A stretch of 32,000 bases of DNA, from the NCBI GenBank assembly GCA_965261815.1, contig CBDHDR010000002.1, positions 1,223,820 through 1,255,819 on the forward strand. The letters are read 5' to 3'. The translations under genes and the position numbers were made by a program. This document shows, piece by piece, positions 9,011 through 17,164 of this stretch; the stretch's first letter is position 1; each line of letters begins with the position of its first letter. The notes beneath the pieces are model-generated. The model did not search any database. It was given only the letters and a program-made list of their open reading frames with translations, and was not told where the DNA came from. This DNA comes from Dehalococcoidia bacterium. Its GTDB lineage: Bacteria > Chloroflexota > Dehalococcoidia > Lucifugimonadales > CAZENU01.

Positions 9011-10093
9011 ATGAAAGCCGCCGTGCTGTACGAACCCCTGACGCCGCTCGTCATCGAGGAGGTCGATATCGACGAGCCCGGGGCGGGCGAGGTGCTGGTG
9101 AAGATGTCCGCCAGCGGCGTCTGCCACTCCGACTGGCACGTCGTCAAGGGCGAGTGGACTCACGTGCCGCTGCCGGCGGTGCTGGGCCACGAGGGGGCGG
9201 GCGTCGTCGAGGCGGTCGGGCCCAACGTCACGCGTGTGAAGCCGGGCGACCACGCCATCCTGTCGTGGAAGCCTAGCTGCGGCGTCTGCGAGATGTGCCA
9301 GAAGGGCTGGCCCAACCTGTGCCTGAAGGATTTCGAGATCTCCTCCAGGCTGCGCGTACGTGCGACGGGCGCGGAGATCAGCCAGATGGCGGGCCTTGGC
9401 ACCTTCGGCTCCTACCAGGTCGTGCCGGAGATGGCGGTCGTGCCCATCGACAGGGACGTCCCTATGGCGCAGGCGTCGCTGGTCGGCTGCGGCGTGATGA
9501 CCGGCGCCGGCGCCGCGATCAACACCGCCAAGGTGCAGCCGGGCACGACGGTCGCAGTCTTCGGCTGCGGGGGCGTCGGCCTGAACTGCATCCAGGGATC
9601 CCGCATCGCGGGCGCGACGACGATCATCGCCGTCGACCTGCTGGACAACAAGCTCGACATGGCCAGGGAGTTCGGGGCCACGCACACCGTCAACGCCTCG
9701 CGCGAAGACCCGGTGGAGCGCATCAAGGAGCTCACCGGCGGCGAAGGGACCCACTACGCCTTCGAGGCGATAGGACTGGTGGAGGCGCCCTTCGTCCAGA
9801 GCATACTCTGCACCCGCAGAAGGGGCATCACGGTGTGGGTCGGCCACGCGCCGGTGAACACCAAGATCACCATCGACGCGCAGGACCTGATCATGGAGAA
9901 GACGGTCATAGCGTCCATGTACGGCAGCGCGCGGCCGCAGATCGACTTCCCCAGGCTGCTGGCGCTCTACCAGGCCGGCAAGCTCAAGCTCGACGAGCTG
10001 GTCTCCCGCCGGTTCCCGCTCGACGAGGTCAACACGGCCTTCGAGGTCCTGGGCAAGGGCGAGGTCGCGCGCAGCGTGCTACTCTTCGACTAG
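9011..10093 (+). CDS. zinc-dependent alcohol dehydrogenase family oxidoreductase
   Basis: GVCHSDWH, GHEGAGVVEAVG, structural-zinc CGVCEMC, Rossmann VAVFGCGGVGL. AAGGAGG RBS. Confidence 0.9.
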   Translation: MKAAVLYEPLTPLVIEEVDIDEPGAGEVLVKMSASGVCHSDWHVVKGEWTHVPLPAVLGHEGAGVVEAVGPNVTRVKPGDHAILSWKPSCGVCEMCQKGWPNLCLKDFEISSRLRVRATGAEISQMAGLGTFGSYQVVPEMAVVPIDRDVPMAQASLVGCGVMTGAGAAINTAKVQPGTTVAVFGCGGVGLNCIQGSRIAGATTIIAVDLLDNKLDMAREFGATHTVNASREDPVERIKELTGGEGTHYAFEAIGLVEAPFVQSILCTRRRGITVWVGHAPVNTKITIDAQDLIMEKTVIASMYGSARPQIDFPRLLALYQAGKLKLDELVSRRFPLDEVNTAFEVLGKGEVARSVLLFD

Positions 10094-10209
10094 GAGCGTT
10101 GACGGGCCGGCACCGGGCCAACCTTCCGACAGGTCCGCCGCCGAATAGAGCCGGGACTGCGCTCGGAACAGTCATCCGGCGCCAGCGATGGAGTAGGAGA
10201 CACCGCATC

Positions 10210-11325
10210 ATGCCTGACCAGGACTCGAATATGCCGTTGGACCTGCCCGATTGGGTCACCTTTCCGGAAGACGACTGGGTCCGCATCACGCCTGCCGAGG
10301 CGGGGCTCGACCCCGACAGGTTCGATGCGTTCGTCGGCGGCCTGGACATCCGGGGAACCGACTTCGGGGGCGAGGACCACTCCGGCAACAGGTGGGGCGC
10401 GGTGCTGACGCGGGGCGGCTACCTGGTGCGGGAGTGGGGAGACAGGGACTACAGGTTCCAGACCGCTTCCGTGGGGAAGGCCTTCTCGTGGGCGCTGATC
10501 GGGTTCGCCGTCGAGGATGGCCTGCTGGACCCGGACGAGCCCATCAACAGGAGCTGGACGGGAGAGGGACAGCTATCCCACCCTCACAAGTACCTGGACA
10601 GGGGCCACCACCAGCGCCTGACCTGGAAGCACGTCATCGGGCCCAGGGAGAAGTCCGAGCACTTCGGAGGCTTCGCCATCGAGCTCGGCCTGCGCTGGCG
10701 GCAGCGACAGTCGGGCGTGCGCGAGGTCACGCCGGGCGTTCCCGACTGGGTCAAGTGGACCGGAGACCCTTTCTACGATCTCTACGCTCATGCCGAGCCC
10801 GGCACCGTTGGCCTATACTCCAGCGCCGGGTTCTGGCGGCTATCCCAGGCGCTGACGGCGGTGTGGGGCCGGGACCTCAAGGATGTCCTGGACGAGAGGC
10901 TCTTCGGCAAGATCGGCATTCCCCCCGACCGGTGGGACTGGCTGCCAGGCGGGTACGTGAAGGACCAGAAATACTTCTACCCCGACATCCCGGACTCCTA
11001 TACCTACCTCGACCCGCCCTACGAGATAGACGGCAATACCGTCCGGAGCGGGCCTGGATGGGTCGTAATCAGCGCGTCCGACCTGGCCCGATTCGGCCAC
11101 CTCAACGCGACGCGGGGGAACTGGAAGGGCAAGCAGATCATCGATCCGTCGTGGCTGCGGAGCCATAGCGGCGGCAACGCGTCCGGGACCAGCGGCGAGT
11201 CGAAGCACTTCACCGCGATGGGCGTGGTTACGACCGAGGGCTTCGACCATCCGCACGCGACCGTGACAACGAGCCTACTGCCCGAGGACATCTTCGTCGG
11301 CCCCGTGCACCGCAAGCGAGACTAG
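10210..11325 (+). CDS. beta-lactamase-fold serine hydrolase
   Basis: In-frame ATG at 10210 preceded by GGAGTAGGAGA. S-x-x-K nucleophile motif in FQTASVGKAFSWALIG. The N-terminal 305 codons of track ORF 9295..11325 overlap the ADH gene out of frame and are Arg/Gly-rich shadow. Confidence 0.75.
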   Translation: MPDQDSNMPLDLPDWVTFPEDDWVRITPAEAGLDPDRFDAFVGGLDIRGTDFGGEDHSGNRWGAVLTRGGYLVREWGDRDYRFQTASVGKAFSWALIGFAVEDGLLDPDEPINRSWTGEGQLSHPHKYLDRGHHQRLTWKHVIGPREKSEHFGGFAIELGLRWRQRQSGVREVTPGVPDWVKWTGDPFYDLYAHAEPGTVGLYSSAGFWRLSQALTAVWGRDLKDVLDERLFGKIGIPPDRWDWLPGGYVKDQKYFYPDIPDSYTYLDPPYEIDGNTVRSGPGWVVISASDLARFGHLNATRGNWKGKQIIDPSWLRSHSGGNASGTSGESKHFTAMGVVTTEGFDHPHATVTTSLLPEDIFVGPVHRKRD

Positions 11326-11545
11326 TGGATAGTGAATAGTGAATAGTGGATGGTTGGGGGAGTCGATTTTCCGTGTGAGGTGTCCCATTGTGTTCCAAAG
11401 TGTCCCATTCCTATCTGGGCGATGGGACACTTTGCCGGAAAATGGAACACCAGGCGTTCCACGGTTCGTATCTGAGGTGGAACAGGGCGGAACAAAGTGG
11501 GACACCGGTATTCCATAGTGGATGGTGGATAGTGGGTAGGTGGGA
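11326..11545. repeat. heptad tandem-repeat blocks flanking a dyad-symmetric core (unknown function)
   Basis: Block A 11326-11353: TGGATAG TGAATAG TGAATAG TGGATGG. Block B about 11519-11539: TGGATGG TGGATAG TGGGTAG. Core has GTGTCCCA / TGGGACAC and GGAAC / GTTCC motifs in both orientations. Confidence 0.6.
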
Positions 11546-11728
11546 CGTGGAGTGTGGTCGTCACGCGGGTATAGTAGCACGGATGTACTGGCGCCGCAAC
11601 GTGGCTGTTCTGAGTCGAGGGGTGCAGGCAACCCGCTCCCCCTGAGTAGCGGCGGTGCTTTGACTGGCGTATCGAAGGGCGCGCGCAACTTCGCCCCGAA
11701 CACTGAGCTGTGCGGGCCCCTCGATACA

Positions 11729-11804
11729 CCCCGACGAAGCGTCGGGGCACTCGGGGTGAACGGGGCGTGCGGCAACTCCGAACAGACACCACGGAGGTCG
11801 TGGT
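11729..11804 (+). other. conserved structured intergenic motif, copy A
   Basis: Hairpin CCCCGAC-gaagc-GTCGGGG (11729-11747), then ACTCGGGGTGAACGGG...CAACTCCGAACAGACACC, then hairpin ACCACG-gaggt-CGTGGT. Near-identical blocks recur at 23927-23972. Confidence 0.45.
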
Positions 11805-11882
11805 CTCCAATCTCCAGCAGTGGCGCCGCTGAGGGGAACCGGCGCACCCATCGGCGACCCTGGATTCCCGCCTTCAGGGGGC

Positions 11883-12317
11883 CTACGCCGGCTCCGCAAC
11901 GAACACCGGGATCGTGCGTGACGTCCGATTCTGGTAGTCCTCGTAGGGTGGGAACGCCGACACCGCCAGGTCCCACAACCGCGCCCGCTCCTCGGCGTCC
12001 TCGACCTCGCGGACGCGCATCTCGAACACCTCGGTCCGGTCCCGAATCTCCACGTCGGCGTGCGCCCGGAGGTTGTATACCCACACCGGGTTCTCCGGCG
12101 CGCCGCCCTTCGAGCCCACCAGTATGTAGCTGCTCCCGTCCTTAACCCGCATCAGCGGCGTCTTGCGTATCGCGCCCGTCCGGTTCCCCGTGTTCGTCAC
12201 GATGATGACGGGCAGCCCGGTATCGCGCAGGGTCGTTCCCTCCGTGCCCCCGCTGCTCTCGTAGAGCTCCACCTGCTCGCGTACCCAGTCTGACGGGGAC
12301 GGTATGTACTCTGCCAT
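11883..12317 (-). CDS. nitroreductase-family deazaflavin (F420H2)-dependent oxidoreductase, Ddn/FDOR-A-like
   Basis: 144 aa from the internal ATG (12317), preceded by GGAGCAAGGA. WVREQVELYESSGG...GLPVIIVTNTGNRTGAIRKTPLMRV...GSKGGAPENPVWVYNL is typical of this family. TATAAT on the minus strand at 12361-12366. Confidence 0.85.
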   Translation of the reverse strand: MAEYIPSPSDWVREQVELYESSGGTEGTTLRDTGLPVIIVTNTGNRTGAIRKTPLMRVKDGSSYILVGSKGGAPENPVWVYNLRAHADVEIRDRTEVFEMRVREVEDAEERARLWDLAVSAFPPYEDYQNRTSRTIPVFVAEPA

Positions 12318-12528
12318 AGTTCGTTCCTTGCTCCTGATCGCCGACGGCTTTGCCTTCATCATTATAGGTCGAAGAAGGCTTGGCTCATCCGCCTGCTCAG
12401 GCTGCCCAACGGTATCGCATCTCACGACACCTTCGGTCGGGTCTCCGCGCTGACGGAGCAGGTCGGGGTTCTGTCGGATGGCCGAGCGATGGGCGAGACG
12501 CGGGGCCGGAATCCAGAGTTCAGCGGGA

Positions 12529-13194
12529 TCATGCTTCTGTAGTGGCCGGCTCGCTCCTGTCCCAGCCGTCGACCACCCAATAGCCGACCCGGGGCACTTC
12601 CGCTACCGTCGCCAGCCCTTGGGCACGCTTTAGCCGTTGGATGTTATACAGGTGGGTGATTTCCTCGTAGTAGACGTGCCTCATGGTCGCCTCGAGCGTC
12701 CAGACCGAGCCCCCCTCCGTCTGAGTGACGCCGGACTCGTGCGCCTGTAGGGTGAGGTCCGACTCTGGAGAGCCCGAGCCCTCGCGGAAGAGAGTGTGGC
12801 CTCTCAGGAAACCGACCGAGCGCCTGTCCAGGACTCGCCGGGCGAGGCTGATCCCCTCCTCCAGCCTCACCATGATGTCGTCGATCTCCAGGCGGCGCGA
12901 GCTGTCCAGGCGCCGGTCGGCCGCGTCGGCAATCACAGTCAAGTCTTCTACCCCATATTCGCCTCGGGGGAAGAGCGTCTCTCCCCACCGGACAGCCAGC
13001 CACCGGTAGATGAGCGCCGCCATGTGGCTCAGCTGGATACGGATACTCCACTCGCTCCACTCCCACCGGTCCGACGCGAAGTCGAGCTGCGCGTCGCTCA
13101 GCCCCTCCACCTCGGGCGTGATCAGGTCGTAGAGGGTGGCGAACTCTGGAAAGAGTACGCTGCCCGGTGCGTCGTCGGCGATGGGTATGCTCAC
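12529..13194 (-). CDS. DinB-family (four-helix-bundle metalloenzyme-like) protein
   Basis: 221 aa. GTG start overlaps the stop of the upstream truncated Ddn-like ORF (GTGA). LSDAQLDF...WSIRIQLSHMA...EEITHLYNIQ resembles DinB/DinB_2 His-containing helices. Confidence 0.6.
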   Translation of the reverse strand: MSIPIADDAPGSVLFPEFATLYDLITPEVEGLSDAQLDFASDRWEWSEWSIRIQLSHMAALIYRWLAVRWGETLFPRGEYGVEDLTVIADAADRRLDSSRRLEIDDIMVRLEEGISLARRVLDRRSVGFLRGHTLFREGSGSPESDLTLQAHESGVTQTEGGSVWTLEATMRHVYYEEITHLYNIQRLKRAQGLATVAEVPRVGYWVVDGWDRSEPATTEA

Positions 13195-13496
13195 GTTGTT
13201 TCCTCCACGGCGGTCTTGTCCCGAATCTCCACGTCGCCGTTCGCTCGAAGATTATACGCCCACACCGGATTCTTCGGCGCGCCGCCCATCGAGCCTACCA
13301 ACACGTAGTTGTTCCCGTCCTTCACCCGCATGAGCGGCGTCTTGCGTATCGCCCCGCTCCGGTTCCCCCGGTTCGTTACGATGATGACGGGCAGCCCGGA
13401 ATCGCGCAAGGTCGTTCCCTCTGTTCCCCCGCTGCCCTCGTAAAGCTCGACCTGTTCACGCACCCAATCCGACGGGGACGGTATGTACTCGGCCAT
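13191..13496 (-). CDS. C-terminally truncated paralogue of the Ddn-like deazaflavin oxidoreductase (possibly non-functional)
   Basis: 101 aa. About 85-90% identical by eye to residues 1-97 of the 11883-12317 product. Diverges after EIRDKT and stops where the DinB gene starts. About 45 C-terminal residues are missing. Confidence 0.6.
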   Translation of the reverse strand: MAEYIPSPSDWVREQVELYEGSGGTEGTTLRDSGLPVIIVTNRGNRSGAIRKTPLMRVKDGNNYVLVGSMGGAPKNPVWAYNLRANGDVEIRDKTAVEETT

Positions 13497-13637
13497 AGGC
13501 CGCTCCTTGCGCCTGATCGCCGACGGCTTTGCCTTACTCATAAGCCGAAGCGCCATCATAGGTCGGATCGCCGGGTCTCTGATGGTGATTTGGCGCATCC
13601 ATAGTCTACGATGGAGTGAACCAATTTGGGAGACTCC

Positions 13638-14495
13638 ATGATGACCACTTTAGACCAGCATGAGGCCGGAGGTGTGGCTGGGCGGACCGTGCTGATCACT
13701 GGCGCCTCGTCCGGCATAGGCAAGGCCACCGCCAAGAGGCTGTTGAAGGAAGGCTACTCTGTCTATGCCGCAGCACGCCGAGTCGACCGGATGCGAGACC
13801 TCGAAGACCTGGGCGCCATCGCGCTCAAGATGGATGTTACCAACGAAGAAGATGTCGTTGCCGGCGTGGAGCGAATCAACGTGGAGCAGGGGGGCACGGA
13901 CATCCTCGTCAACAACGCCGGCTTCGGATTGTACGGGGCGATGGAGGACACGCCGCTCGACGACGCGCGGTACCAGTTCGAGGTCAACCTGTTCGGGGCG
14001 GCGAGGCTGACCCAACTCGTCCTTCCCTACATGCGAGAACAGGGCGCGGGGAAGATCGTGAACGTCTCCTCGATCGGTGGGAAAATCTATACCCCGCTGG
14101 GGTCCTGGTACTACGCCACAAAACACGCGCTCGAAGGATGGTCGGACTGCCTGAGGTGGGAGCTCAAGCACTTTGGCATCGACGTCATAGTCATAGAGCC
14201 AGGACTCATCCGCACCGACTTTGGCAATGTCATGCGTGGGCCCCTGGTGGAATATTCGGGCGACTCCGCCTATGGCGGTATCGTCAAGAGGCTGACGGAA
14301 AGGACGAAGAACCACGGCCGCGGGTCGCCGCCATCGGTCATCGCCGACACGGTCCTCAAAGCGGTCCAGGCCAGGCGGCCCAGGACACGCTATGCGACCG
14401 GCCAGTACGCGAAGACGGCCCTCCTCCTTCGCAGACTGATCACCGATCGGATGTATGACCGGCTCATGGACCTGATGGCCGCTCCCAGGCGGTGA
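13638..14495 (+). CDS. SDR-family short-chain dehydrogenase/reductase
   Basis: TGASSGIGKA (TGxxxGxG), NNAG, YATKHALEGW (YxxxK). ATG 13638 follows GGGAGA. Track start 13626 is TTG. Confidence 0.88.
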   Translation: MMTTLDQHEAGGVAGRTVLITGASSGIGKATAKRLLKEGYSVYAAARRVDRMRDLEDLGAIALKMDVTNEEDVVAGVERINVEQGGTDILVNNAGFGLYGAMEDTPLDDARYQFEVNLFGAARLTQLVLPYMREQGAGKIVNVSSIGGKIYTPLGSWYYATKHALEGWSDCLRWELKHFGIDVIVIEPGLIRTDFGNVMRGPLVEYSGDSAYGGIVKRLTERTKNHGRGSPPSVIADTVLKAVQARRPRTRYATGQYAKTALLLRRLITDRMYDRLMDLMAAPRR

Positions 14496-14670
14496 GAACC
14501 GGGAACGTCAGGAAAGCGGGCGGCGCTGCCCGTCTCGAGCCAGTGAGTCTAAGCATAGGTGGGCAAAGAACTGGCCTGTTCGGAGCGCAGAACGGACCAC
14601 AGCGTGAAGGCCACAGCCCGGTTGGCTGGACACGAGTTCGACGTGCTAGGACTTCCGTCCTTCTCCGAGA

Positions 14671-15225
14671 TTAGTCGTCGCTCTGCTGGAGCCCTTCAAC
14701 GCTTAGTTCCAAGTGTGCGGCCGCCTCGACATACATCTGAACGGTCGCCTTATCTAGATGTATTGTCCGGACGTCCCTTCCATGTGCTATGAGATTCCGC
14801 ACAGCAGCCATATCTTGAAGGACTGCAGCTAACGAATCGTCGATGACACCGTCCTTGCGCAGTAACTCGACTTGCTTTCGTATCGACGCCCGTCGACTTA
14901 CGTGGCGCGTCTCAGCAAGGTCTGCAATGGCTCTTTCGACCGAGGCCCATGACGCAAGAATCGTAATCCTTGGATCAGTATCGACATAAAAGGTTCTTGG
15001 CGATAAGTCTTCGTCTACCGCCTCCAGCGACCTAGTCTTCTTTGTGAGTTCCTGAAAGACGGGTCTGAAGTCCACTTGCCAGTCCTTGTATCTGACCTTC
15101 TCTATGAGAGGGACTAGTTTAGACAGAGGGGACCGTAGCATGAGAAGGGCCACAACCGCGACCAACGGCCAGGCCGCAGCATCAAGTAGAGAAACTAGCA
15201 ATTCAACTAGCTCCACACCAGTCAA
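14671..15225 (-). CDS. membrane-anchored protein with C-terminal HEPN/Abi_C-like RN-x-x-x-AHG motif
   Basis: 184 aa. TTG start after AAGGA. One hydrophobic helix (AAAWPLVAVVALLMLRSPL). C-terminal ILASWASVERAI...LQDMAAVRNLIAHGRDV gives Rx4H. Lies in the low-GC islet. Confidence 0.6.
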   Translation of the reverse strand: MTGVELVELLVSLLDAAAWPLVAVVALLMLRSPLSKLVPLIEKVRYKDWQVDFRPVFQELTKKTRSLEAVDEDLSPRTFYVDTDPRITILASWASVERAIADLAETRHVSRRASIRKQVELLRKDGVIDDSLAAVLQDMAAVRNLIAHGRDVRTIHLDKATVQMYVEAAAHLELSVEGLQQSDD

Positions 15226-15369
15226 CGTCCTTGTCTCCTCTCCCCTACGAAAGAACTTGGCACCCTAGTCAGCGACCCTGTATCAGCCGGTTGCTAGGGT
15301 TCGAGCTCTTCCGCCGGAGTTCAGCACGCGTTCGAGATGTGCTATGTCCAAGACTCAGCGGATAAGATG

Positions 15370-16797
15370 TCAAATGCGTAATGTCAGTCGTAGCTGCTCG
15401 TACTTCTCGTCACTCCCAATGTTACTAAGTCGGTCCCTCCGGTACGTTCCGATAAAGTCCAGCATTTCCTTCAGTCGCGGGTTAATGGCTCGCGTCTTCA
15501 GGGTGGCGGTGAGCCTTTGATACTCGGTTGCACAGGAGTCGAATTGCAGTCGTGAAGCTACCTCAGGATCGAGTACAAGCTTGACGAATGCTCGGATGTG
15601 AGAGTCTGAGAATCTAGTCAACAATTCGTCGTAGTGGTCTTGGGCAGCCCAGGAAACACCATAGCCATTCCCGATCCGACACATGGTTACCGCTTTGACG
15701 TACTTTGATCGCACGGGCCTAGGGACTTCACCATTGGCCGGTACAAGGCGTTGAAGAAGCCGCGCTGGGGCTGCCTCGGTAAAGAAGTTGTCCATGCCGT
15801 AGTGAGCTGTGGTGAGATTGTCAAGAGTCACCGCCATTTCGGCAGTAAGTACTTCAGTCGTGAGAAACTCCAAACCCTCGACTATTTCAAGGAATTCTCG
15901 TGCGAGTTTCGCCCTTTCCACCTCACCATTAGCCGCGAGCATCGCATGTTGCAAGCCGACTCCTCGGCGCGCCTCGGTTGAAACAGCCTCCCAGATCGGT
16001 TTCGCAGCTAGTTTGAGATTGTCTCTGACGTGAGCGTCAACCGTCGTGTCCGTGTACATGCCGAATACCGAGCGAAGTAACGATTCTGACAGGTCCTCAG
16101 TTAGCGATGGCAATGCCGCTTCGATGTGTGGCATGTCGGCTTCAGAGAGGTGCTGTGTCCGCAGGCTGTGAAGCAGTTTACGAACTTCGATAACCGGACC
16201 GGCAGGTTCCTTTGCCAAAACCTCCACTATGCACGTCTCTAGCCAGGATATAATCTGTAGTCCTGTTATATGATTCTGATTTGGATGTGCAGCACTAGCG
16301 TAGTTCCTCATATTCCGAACATAGTCGAGATGGCGAAAACCGTTTTCTGTGATGATACCGGTCGTGCGGCACCCTAGAATGAGTTCCCAATCGTCAAGCT
16401 TCTCCAAGTCGGCTTCGTTCCTGAGCTTGGATCGGCGGGTTGAGTCGCTAACCGCGCTGTCGAAGAAATACCGTAGATCGAACCGAGCCACCTTCTCCCG
16501 CAGATTCCTAACGGTTTCATTCCAGATATAGTTCAACGCTGAGTCGAAGAGGCCGACAGCGCATGCAGCCACGAACTTGGAAATGTAAGACGCGACCGAC
16601 TTTTGGTCGTCCGTCAAGGACTCGAGAACGATAGGCATATTTTGGAATACCGGACGCCGACGTTCGTAAGGGACCAGGATCTGGTCTTTAGGTAGCCCTA
16701 CGTAGTCCAAATAGGAGTCGAGTTGAGTGCCAAAAGTCTTGACGGCTGGGGCAATCTCTGCACTTGAGTGGGCTTGAATACTCTCGTTGGTGTCCAT
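15370..16797 (-). CDS. hypothetical 475-aa protein with N-terminal HEPN/Abi_C-like module and helical C-terminal domain
   Basis: GGAGG RBS 6 nt upstream of ATG 16797. FRHLDYVRNMRNYASAAHPNQ gives an R-x4-6-H type signature after a helical segment (AACAVGLFDSALNYIWNETVRNLREKV). Sampled lines about 45-50% GC. Confidence 0.6.
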   Translation of the reverse strand: MDTNESIQAHSSAEIAPAVKTFGTQLDSYLDYVGLPKDQILVPYERRRPVFQNMPIVLESLTDDQKSVASYISKFVAACAVGLFDSALNYIWNETVRNLREKVARFDLRYFFDSAVSDSTRRSKLRNEADLEKLDDWELILGCRTTGIITENGFRHLDYVRNMRNYASAAHPNQNHITGLQIISWLETCIVEVLAKEPAGPVIEVRKLLHSLRTQHLSEADMPHIEAALPSLTEDLSESLLRSVFGMYTDTTVDAHVRDNLKLAAKPIWEAVSTEARRGVGLQHAMLAANGEVERAKLAREFLEIVEGLEFLTTEVLTAEMAVTLDNLTTAHYGMDNFFTEAAPARLLQRLVPANGEVPRPVRSKYVKAVTMCRIGNGYGVSWAAQDHYDELLTRFSDSHIRAFVKLVLDPEVASRLQFDSCATEYQRLTATLKTRAINPRLKEMLDFIGTYRRDRLSNIGSDEKYEQLRLTLRI

Positions 16798-17164
16798 TCG
16801 AAGCCTCCAGTACGAAGCCTAAAGGCGAATCGGCGACTGCTTCGAGGCAAACCGTACGCCAGAGACACCACGATTCGCCGTGCTGCCATGAAGGATCTGC
16901 CGCCGAGTCACCAAGTAATATCTCCGTACCGCATTATAGCGATCTGCCCAGCCAAAGCTCGACGGCGGTGCCGACAAGGACACGCTGGCCCTGCTCAGCC
17001 CCAGCAGCTCGCGTCCCCTACGGCGGTTGGGGCTGTTTTTGTAGTTTGTGGTGGCCTGCCGTCTGCCATCGCGCTTGCTGTAACGTCCCTTGAGGTGAGC
17101 CGATCACGGGCGCTCGTGATTGGCTTCGCGTCGCTACCCGGCGGCGGTGATGTATCATATCCGC

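Noticed and set aside
11326-11545. The heptad arrays resemble DnaA boxes, so this could be the chromosomal origin. The short regular repeats could also suggest a CRISPR array.
   Set aside because: There is no dnaA/dnaN neighbourhood and no AT-rich unwinding element. The boxes overlap at 7-nt spacing, which is atypical for oriC. The repeats are 7 nt without spacers and there are no cas genes, so it is not a CRISPR array. It is kept only as a testable DnaA-binding idea in the findings.
14620-14650. CACG-AGTTCGA-CGTG at the left edge of the low-GC islet resembles a tRNA T-arm, a possible tRNA-derived att site.
   Set aside because: The stem is only 4 bp and the loop register is non-canonical (no G53-T54-T55-C56). 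No cloverleaf can be drawn upstream and no matching direct repeat was found at the right border.
16933-16938. Minus-strand TATAAT 136 nt upstream of the 475-aa HEPN-like gene as its promoter.
   Set aside because: No acceptable -35 sits at a proper spacing (TTGGCT is only 11 nt away). The leader would be long. The evidence is too weak to call.
16768-17164. The N-terminal extension of track ORF 16768..18912, ORF 17120 start, and a hairpin plus T-run (CAGCCCCA-n-TGGGGCTG-TTTTT, about 17008-17050) hinting at a small plus-strand gene or sRNA.
   Set aside because: The translated extension is Arg/Ala/Pro-rich shadow with no RBS. The real LLM genes start at 17165 and 18049. The terminator-like hairpin has a 24-nt loop and no upstream plus-strand gene, so it is left uncalled.
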